59,518 bases of DNA, taken from the NCBI RefSeq assembly GCF_004010195.1, contig NC_057719.1, positions 16,977,177 through 17,036,694 on the forward strand, read 5' to 3'. The translations under genes were made by a program, and so were the position numbers. Shown here one piece after another: positions 51,107-59,518 of this stretch; position 1 is the stretch's first letter; each line of letters begins with the position of its first letter. Origin of the DNA: Chiloscyllium plagiosum. Its lineage: Eukaryota. The notes beneath the pieces were generated by a model. The model was not told the origin of the DNA. It was given only the letters and a program-made list of their open reading frames with translations, and made no database searches.

Positions 51107-51397
51107 TAGATTAGTTTCCAGGCCAACAAGTCCACACCAACTCTCTGAAGAGTAACCCACCCGGACCCATTCCCCTATATTTGCCCCTGATTACAGCACC
51201 TAATACCATGGGCAATTTAGCATGGCCAATTCACCTGACCTGCACATCTTTGGATTGTGGGAGGAAACCAGAGCACCCAGAGGAAACCCATGCAGACTCA
51301 GGGAGAATGTGCCACACAGGCAGTTGCCCAAGGTGGGAATCGAACCCGGGTCCCTGGCACTGTGAGGCAGCAGTGCTAACCACTGAGCCACCGTGCT
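51107..51397 (-). mobile_element. HE1-like V-SINE
   Basis: Reverse V-domain and head (ggaatcgaaccc...cactgagccaccgtgc). Confidence 0.9.
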
Positions 51398-51955
51398 TTT
51401 TGTGCCTTGTAGATGATGGACAAGCTTTGGGAAGTTGAATGATAGGTTACTTACCTCAAAGTCCCAAGCTGCTGACCCATTCTGTTAGCCACAGTATACA
51501 TGTGGCTGGTCCATTTAAATTTCAGGTCAGTGGTGGCCACAAACTGTTCATGATGATAGAATCGCTGATGATATTGCCTTTGAATATTGAGGGGAATCTC
51601 TTGTTGGAGATGACCATTGCCTGACAATTGTGAGTCATGATTATCATTTGTCATTTATCACTTAACTCTCAATGTAGGGTCCTAGTGCATGTGGACAGGG
51701 ACTGTCTCTGTCTCTGAGCAGTTGTTAACAGTATTGAAGAAGGTACAATCAGTCAACATCCCACATATGACCTTATGCTGGAGGGAAAGTCATTGGTGAA
51801 GCAGCCAAAGATATTTGGGTCCAACCAGCTCTCTTTTCATTTTCTCTGTAACCACAAATTTCTCTGTATGGAAATTGTTGTGGGATTAATACTTTCATAG
51901 CAGAGTTAAAAATTAAACAGTCGATATTTCAATCAGCAAAATTACTACACATTTG

Positions 51956-51969
51956 CCAGTAGATGGCAG
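51956..51969 (+). promoter_or_regulatory. Candidate CTCF binding site
   Basis: CCAGTAGATGGCAG fits consensus CCASYAGRKGGCRS at all 14 positions, in apparently unique DNA. Confidence 0.55.
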
Positions 51970-52429
51970 CAGCTCCTTTCTTTCTCAATATGACAACTCT
52001 CAATTTTCCATAAATGCATTTGTTTTTAAGTGTCACAACTTAGATGTTTGGATAGTTCTACAAAATAAATGAGACAATAAAAGGTGTATATAAGGAATTT
52101 TAGAACAGCAAAATTCATAGCATCTAGTAATCCATGTCTGCACTGTACAAACTTCTCAATCTTCAAGTTAAATGCCTCTGAGCACCTTAGAAGGGTTACA
52201 ACTGCTAAGAGGGACACTATCATGAATGAATCATTCTTTCAGTTGGTTTATTGCCAATGCTTCTGCACTCAGGTCCAGCCAAACACAATATCATACACCT
52301 ATATCACCAAGGTTGGAAAGTCAGCTTTCATTGAGGAAGTGCCTTTGGTGCATCCTAAATGATGGGGGAGCCCAGCATACCAGTGCAAATGGCAAAACAT
52401 TGCATTCATAAACCAGAACTGCCTAGTGG

Positions 52430-53905
52430 ATGATTCATCTCAGTCTCCTCCTAACCATCCCAGCCTCACAGCTGCCAGTTTCAACCAGTTTGATGCACAC
52501 CATGTTCTATCAAGGACTGGCTAAAGGCGAGGGATACTGAGAAGGCGATGGACCCTAATAACATTCCAGCATTAGTACTTAACATGTGCTCCAGAAACAG
52601 CCAAGCACAAGCTGTTCCAGTATAGGTATAACAACAATAATATGAGAAATACCCCAGGAGTGTCCTGTCCATTAGAAACAGGGCACGTCCAATCTAGCCA
52701 ATTCCCATCTAATCAGTCTACCCTCAATCTTCAGCAATCTGATGAAAACTATCATTGACGATGCTCTCAAGATGCACTTATTCAACAATCACCTGCTCAC
52801 TGATGCTCAGATTGGATTCTGCCACTAAACCCCTGGCCTTATTCCTGCCTTGTCCAAGAATGGACAATGGAGGAGAAGAGAGGTAGAAGTGACTGTCCTT
52901 GATATGAAGGGCACTGAGTGGAGCATTAAGGAGCCCTAGCAAAACTGGAGTCAATGTCTACTTGTTGGAGTTATACTTAACACAGAGGAAAGTGGTGGTT
53001 GTTGTTGGAGGTCAAACATCTCAGTCACAAGACATCTCTGCAGAGGTTCCTCAGGCTAGTGTCCTAGGCCTAACCATCTTCAGCTAACCATCCATCAGTC
53101 AACTTCTTTCCATCATTAGGTCAGAAGTCAGGATGTTCACTGATGATTGCACAATGTTTAGCACCATTCACAAATCCTCAGATATGGAAGCAAGACCTGG
53201 ACAATATTCCGATTTGTGATGCTAAGTGACAAGTAACAAGTACCATGTAATGGCTATCTCTAACTGAGAGTCTAGCTATCTCCCCTTCATACTCAATGGA
53301 ATTACCAGCTGCCATCTACCATCTACCCACTATTAACATCCTAGGAATTACTATTGACCAGAAACTGAATTAAACAGACTGTACAAATACCGTGACTAGA
53401 AGAGCAGGTCCAAAATGAGTAACACAATTCCTGCCTGCCCACCAGCTAGAAAGCACAAATCAGGAATGCGATGGAGATATTCTCCACTTGCCTGGATGAG
53501 TGTGACTCCAAGAACACTGAGGAAATTTGGTACCACCCAGGACAAAGCAGTCTGTTTGATTGGCACTGCATCCTCCAACTTAAGCATTTACTTTGTCGAC
53601 CACTGGTATACAGTAGCAGCAGTGTGTACCATTCACAAGGTATGCTGCAGTAACACACTAAGACTCTTTCAACAGCACTTTCCAATCCAGAACCTCTACC
53701 ATCTATCAGGAGCGAGGGATACATGGAACACCACCATTTGCAAGTTTCCCTCCATACATTCCTGACTTGGAGCTTATTGTTCTTTTACTGCTTCTGGGTC
53801 AAAGTCCTGGAACGTTCCTCCTAACAGCACAGTAGCCTTACCCACATTAGGTGGATTGCAGCTGTTCATGATGACGGCTCACTAGATTGCCATGTCCCAT
53901 AAACA
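52430..53905 (+). mobile_element. Second CR1/L2-group LINE family, decayed RT plus 3' end
   Basis: EVPQASVLGLTIFS...SIIRSEVRMFTDDCTM; YSPLAWMS; tail cctgacttgg... Confidence 0.82.
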
Positions 53906-54585
53906 AATAAGAATAGCGTGGCCCCATGATTCGAGAGCCATCATACTCAACACATTGAATCTGATGACAACAGGTTTCCACAAAAGACTGATCCTCTTCA
54001 CAATATTCTGACGTGCTGGATGGTTTCTACAGCAGTGAAGTTACACTAACTCATGAAGTGGCTCTGCTGTTTCCGAATGCATGCTCATGAAATAATTGTG
54101 AGCTGCACAGTGAAACAAAGAATAAAACATCACACAACGTGATCATTCAGCCCATTGTGCCCGTGTCAGCCCTTTGAATGAACTACTCAATTACTCCCAC
54201 TTGCTTTTCTCATCCTGCATGCTCCTGTAGGTTTCATCATTTCAAGCATTTGTCCAATTCTCTTTGAAAGTTACTATTGAATGCATTTCAGACAGAATCT
54301 TTCAGCTCACTGCAAACTTGCTACATATGAAAAGAAAACTCCTCAGCACCCCCCCCACCCCCCCCGATTCTTTTGCCAATTGCTTGGCCGGTTTATCGAT
54401 TTTATTGAGTTTTCCTAAAGATACTGACATTTGATGTGTTATGTCTCTCAATCCTAAGGTCAGGAGAAATCAATTCTCTTTGTAACAGACAAGAAACTTG
54501 TCTCATAGCTTCATGAATTGCAGATGTTTACATGAACCCTACTCCTGGCTGTTACATTAAGAACTGAGGAAAGATTGATATCAGC

Positions 54586-54916
54586 AGTCACAGAATGAGG
54601 AGATCTGCCTGCTAATGGTCCTGCGAAGCACCTTGCAATAATTTTCCCGCTCCTCAAAGGTGCTATGTAAATGCAACTTCTTGAGACAATTAGCTATGGC
54701 AGCGTTGTCACAATGTTTCAGAACGTTACACATCTAAAGCCATTTCGAGTAGTCACAGAATGAGGAGACCGATTCTGCCTACTCATGGTCCTGCGAAGCA
54801 CTTCAGAATAAGTTTCTCACTCCTCAAAGGTGCTATGTAAATGCAATTTCTTGAGATACTTGGTTATGGCAGCATTGTCACAATATTTCAGAACATTAAA
54901 CGCCTAAAGCCATTTT
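54586..54916 (+). repeat. Tandem duplication, two units of about 165 bp
   Basis: Units start agtcacagaatgaggaga at 54586 and 54751; roughly 80-85% identical by eye. Confidence 0.9.
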
Positions 54917-55329
54917 GAACCCTGTAAGATTCCCATTCGCTTTTCTACATCTGTAATTTCACCCCCTCGTTCTTTATTGTTTTTCACCAGTTAAAAAAAA
55001 GCTTAATCTGTTTATCTTTGCTTAGCTTTCCCTTGTTGTGAAATGGAAGTTGAAAGCTCAGGCAGATTACAGCTAATAAACCTATTTAGCTTTTGGGACT
55101 CTTGACCTTGTGCTTTTGAAATCTATTGCTGCTAAAATATTCCAATGATTGTACAAGCAGCTGTACATGGACTAACAGTATGAGTAGGTGAGATATCAGG
55201 GTAATTATAGGTCAAACTGTCGTGATAAGCAGTAATGACTGTTCAGGCCCCAGCAATGCACAAAAAGTGAAGGTACCATTATATTCTGATTGCAATGGGA
55301 GTTATTAATAATCTGAAGCCTATTCTAAT

Positions 55330-55745
55330 AAGAAAGAAAGTCTTACATTTGTGTAGTGTCTGTCATGATCTCAGAATGTCCCGAAGCATTTTGTGGTCAA
55401 TAATGAAATGCTCAAATGCTGCCATTGTTGTTGTACAGACAACCTAGCAGCCAATTTGGACAAAGCAAGATCCCATAACAGAACAGAGATTGGGACTTCA
55501 TTCTGCTTTTAGTCCTGTCGTGTAATGCTTAAATATGGACCAGGGCACTGGGGATTACTTGACCCGCTGCTCTTCTTGGTATCTTTTACATCCACCTGAG
55601 AAAGTAGACAATCTCATTTTAATGTCACAATTAAAAACCACTGCCTGGAGGGCAGCACATCTCAATGTTGCAGAGGAAGGATCATATGCTCAGGTTTCCA
55701 GAGAAACCACAACTTTCTGCCTCAGAGATGAGGTTGCCATATTAC
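55330..55745 (-). mobile_element. Deu-domain SINE, near full length, old
   Basis: aagaaagaaagtcttacatttgtgtagtg tail; gcagccaatttg..caaagcaagatccca; atcttttacatccacctgag. Confidence 0.65.
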
Positions 55746-56408
55746 ATGAGAAAGTAAAGGCATTATAAATTGTAACTGTACAATAATAAATGGCTACAAG
55801 TAAGTTGCAGGGCAATGACACAGCTGGGACAGCACTGAGTAAAACATTGCCTTTGACGAAAGCTGTCTTGTTAGGCTGAAGTCAGTTGGAGCTGACTTAT
55901 AACCTACTGAGAGATGGTGAGCACAGCATGAAGCAAGGGTTACACTCTTTGAGAAATTAACTCAAAAATTGCTTTCAGTAAAACATACAGTTAGCTTGAT
56001 TGTTCAATGGACAAAGATGACTAAGCTACCATGGTCAATTCTCCTCACAACAATGTGAAATTGCTGATGAAGTTTGCACAAAGTCTAAAAGCCAATATCC
56101 TGGGGATCCTTGTGATTGCAACTAGCTCTAGGATACAATGCTAGTTCAAATAATGGCAACCACAATCTAATAAAGGAACAAAAAGTCCCAAATATTACTG
56201 GATGCAGTCCCTTGACCAAAACAATTGACGAACATGACTTTAACCTTTGACCTAATGAATAAGGGATAATTATTGGGGATGATGTATTAGTGATTGAATG
56301 ACTATCTTCCATATCACCTTTTGATTCCACCACACCAAAAAAATCATTATAAAATATCTCAACACAGATTAATTGATCAGATTCCTTGGGGGAGAGATAT
56401 TAGTATTG

Positions 56409-56908
56409 NNNNNNNNNNNNNNNNNNNNNNNNNNNNNNNNNNNNNNNNNNNNNNNNNNNNNNNNNNNNNNNNNNNNNNNNNNNNNNNNNNNNNNNNNNNN
56501 NNNNNNNNNNNNNNNNNNNNNNNNNNNNNNNNNNNNNNNNNNNNNNNNNNNNNNNNNNNNNNNNNNNNNNNNNNNNNNNNNNNNNNNNNNNNNNNNNNNN
56601 NNNNNNNNNNNNNNNNNNNNNNNNNNNNNNNNNNNNNNNNNNNNNNNNNNNNNNNNNNNNNNNNNNNNNNNNNNNNNNNNNNNNNNNNNNNNNNNNNNNN
56701 NNNNNNNNNNNNNNNNNNNNNNNNNNNNNNNNNNNNNNNNNNNNNNNNNNNNNNNNNNNNNNNNNNNNNNNNNNNNNNNNNNNNNNNNNNNNNNNNNNNN
56801 NNNNNNNNNNNNNNNNNNNNNNNNNNNNNNNNNNNNNNNNNNNNNNNNNNNNNNNNNNNNNNNNNNNNNNNNNNNNNNNNNNNNNNNNNNNNNNNNNNNN
56901 NNNNNNNN
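56409..56908. other. Assembly gap (500 N)
   Basis: Run of n. Confidence 1.
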
Positions 56909-57171
56909 CAAATGAGCAAGCAGGGCTGTAGTGACTTCACCGCTGTCATGGAGGGAATAAAAGTTTAACTTTTGAATCTCTTCAAATTTCTCTGAGGCAA
57001 CTTAGAAAGTAACAATTACATGCACTGCATGCAAGTTAAATGTACATAAAGTGAAAGTTACATGCATAAGCATCAAGTGTAAAGGACTCAAATAGGATTG
57101 CCACAGAACACATTTCAATATTTTTACTGAATTCTAAGTAGTTTTGTTAACTGTGTTTTATTCATTTATAC

Positions 57172-58049
57172 AATGGACAGTGAAGAAGGTTACCTCGGAT
57201 TACAACAAGATCTTGATCAGATGGGCCAATGGGCTGAGGAGTGGCAGATGGAGTTTAATTTAGATAAATGCGAGGTGCTGCATTTTGGGAAAGCAATTTT
57301 TAGCAGGACTTATATAGTTAGTGGTAAGGTCCTGAGGAGTGTTGCTGGACAAAGAGATCTTGGAGTGCAGGTTCATAGCTCCTTGAAAGTAGAGTCGCAG
57401 GTAGATAGGATAGTGAAGAAGGTGTTTGGTATGCTTTCCTTCACTGTTTAGAACATTGAGTACAGGAATTGAGAGGTCATGTTGCAGCTGTACAGGACCT
57501 TGGTTAGGCCACTTTTGGAATATTGTGTGCAATTCTGGTCTCCATCCTATCAGAAGAATGTTGTAAAACTCGAAAAGGTTCAGAAAAGATTTACAAGGAT
57601 GTTGCCAAGGTTGGAGGATTTGTGCTATACAGAGAGGTTGAATATGCTGGGGCTGTTTTCCCTGGAGCGTTGAAGGCTGAGGGGTGACCTCATAGAGGTT
57701 TATAAAATCATGAGGGGCATGGATAGGATAAATAGACTAAGTCTTTTCCCTGGGGTGGGGGTGTCCAGAACTAGAGGGCATAGGTTTAGGGTGAGAGGGG
57801 AAAAATATAAAAGGGACCTAAAGGGCAACTTTTTCACACAGAGTATGTAATGAGCTGCCAGAGGAAGTGGTGGATACTGGTACAATTGCAACACTTAAAA
57901 GACATCTGGATGGTTATATGAATAGGAGGGGTTGTGAGGGATATGTGCCAAGTGCTAGCAAATGAGACTAGTTTACTTTCGGATATCTGGTCGGCATGGA
58001 CAAGTTGGACCAAAGGGCCTGTTTCCATGCTGTACATCTCTATGTCTCT
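57172..58049 (+). mobile_element. Young HER1/CR1 LINE 3' fragment
   Basis: DSEEGYLGLQQDLDQMGQWAEEWQMEFNLDKCEVLHFG...LVRPLLEYCVQFWSP...; tail gggcctgtttccatgctgtacatctctatg. Confidence 0.95.
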
Positions 58050-58349
58050 CATACTTTGTTTCCCTCTGATAAAAACCAGCAGTGAACAATCGATTGCATA
58101 ATCAGTGGCAAGTTCCCATTAAAACTTGTCGGACTTTTGGCAACAATGGAGTAAATCTTTAAATAAGCTGTTAATTTGAGTAGAATTTTTCAGTTTCATT
58201 CACTAAAGTTAAAATGATATCTGATACAGAAAAATTCAAATTTGTTTAATACTTTCTTAAGTTGCTTGTGGTATTGGTTTTAAAATATCGAATCAATGGT
58301 GTGGTAAAAGCTACAAGCCCATATCGCATGAAAGACTTTATTTATGTGA

Positions 58350-59518
58350 ATAGAGTCATCAAGTCATAGACACGTACAGCACCGAAACTCATCCATGCTG
58401 ACCAGATATCCCAACCCAATCAAGTCTCACCTGCCAGCACCCAGTCCATATCCCTCCAACCCCTTCCCATTCATATACTCATCCAAATGTCTTTTAAATG
58501 TTGCAATTGTACTCGCCTCCACTATTTCCTCTGGCAGCTCATTCCATACACGTACCACCTTCTGCATAAAAGTGTTGCCCCTTAAGCCTCTTTTATCTCT
58601 TTCCCCTCTCACCCTAAACCTATGCTCTCTGGTTCTGCACTCCCCGACCCCAGGGAAAAGACTTTGTCTATTTATCCTATCCATGCCCCTCATGATTTTA
58701 TAAACATCTATAAGATCATCCCTCAGTCCGATGCTCCAGGGAAAACAGACCTATCCTATTCAACCTCTCCCTATAGCTCAAATCTTCCAACCCTGACAAC
58801 ATCCTCGTAAATCTTTTCTGGACCCTTTCAAGTTTCACAACTTGAAAGAATTTTTAGCAGGACTTATATAGTTAGTGGTAAGGTCCTGAGGAGTGTTGCT
58901 GGACAAAGAGATCTTGGAGTGCAGGTTCATAGCTCCTTGAAAGTAGAGTCGCAGGTAGATAGGATAGTGAAGAAGGTGTTTGGTTAAACATCTATAAGAT
59001 CATCCCTCAGTCCGATGCTCCAGGGAAAACAGCCCTATCCTATTCAACCTCTCCTTATAGCTCAAATCTTCCAACCCTGACAACATCCTCGTAAATCTTT
59101 TCTGGACCCTTTCAAGTTTCACAACTTCCTTCCTATAGGAAGGAGACCAGAATTGCACTCAATATTCCAAAAGTGACCTATGCAACGTCCCATACAGCTG
59201 CAACTCAATAAAGAAAAGTAAACCAAACGCCTTCTTCACTATCTTATCTCCTTGCGATTCTACTTTCAAAGAGCTATGAACCTGTACTCCAAGGTCTCTT
59301 TGTTCAGCAACACTCCCTCGGACCTTACCATTAAGTGTATAAGTCCTGCTAAGATTTGCTTTCCCAAAATGCAGCACCTCGCATTTATCTGAATTAAACT
59401 CCATCTGCCACTTCTCAACCCATCGGCCCATCTGGTCCAGATCCTGTTGTAAGCTGAGGTAACCCTCTTCGCTGTCCACTACACCTCCAATTTTGGTGTC
59501 ATCTGCAAACTTACTAAC
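58350..59518 (-). mobile_element. Young HER1/CR1 LINE 3' fragment (runs off the window) with an internal rearrangement
   Basis: Minus frames SKFADDTKIGG, DLDQMGRWVEKWQMEFN, VVRVWNELPEE. Confidence 0.95.
58701..59127 (+). repeat. 143-bp direct duplication flanking a 141-bp insert copied from 57289-57430
   Basis: 58701-58843 vs 58985-59127 differ at 2 nt; 58849-58984 is identical to 57295-57430. Confidence 0.93.

Noticed and set aside
56294..56968. Long ORFs of 180-224 aa
   Set aside because: They are translations of the 500-N assembly gap
1..59518. CRISPR array or prokaryotic operon
   Set aside because: No regularly spaced repeats with unique spacers and no gene-dense organisation; the content is vertebrate retroposons

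Overview
Eukaryotic, repeat-rich, non-coding genomic DNA. It is almost certainly from a cartilaginous fish (shark), judged by many HE1/V-SINE copies and HER1/CR1-type LINE tails. I cannot support any host protein-coding gene, rRNA, true tRNA or CRISPR array; nearly all listed ORFs are chance frames or decayed transposon frames. Contents: (i) two 5'-truncated Penelope-like retroelements (PLEs) with RT C-terminus plus GIY-YIG remnants (2087-3596, 30133-31146); (ii) about 15 short (90-240 bp) elements carrying or derived from minimal type-I hammerhead ribozyme (HHR) motifs of three families (here called A, B, C), often as fold-back palindromes with 10-17 bp target-site duplications and with rearrangement junctions clustered at the ribozyme, which is the most interesting system here; (iii) the 3' end of a Ty3/gypsy element whose pol ends at RNase H (Gmr1-like order), plus a related solo LTR; (iv) a decayed PIF/Harbinger-like DNA transposon with 18-bp TIRs and a Myb/SANT exon remnant; (v) CR1, L2 and Deu-domain SINE fragments; (vi) two locally templated insertions of about 141-146 bp; (vii) repeat-poor, motif-dense blocks and CTCF-like sites that may be cis-regulatory; (viii) two assembly gaps. 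Family names come from recalled consensus features, not from a database search. Boundaries of old repeats are approximate.
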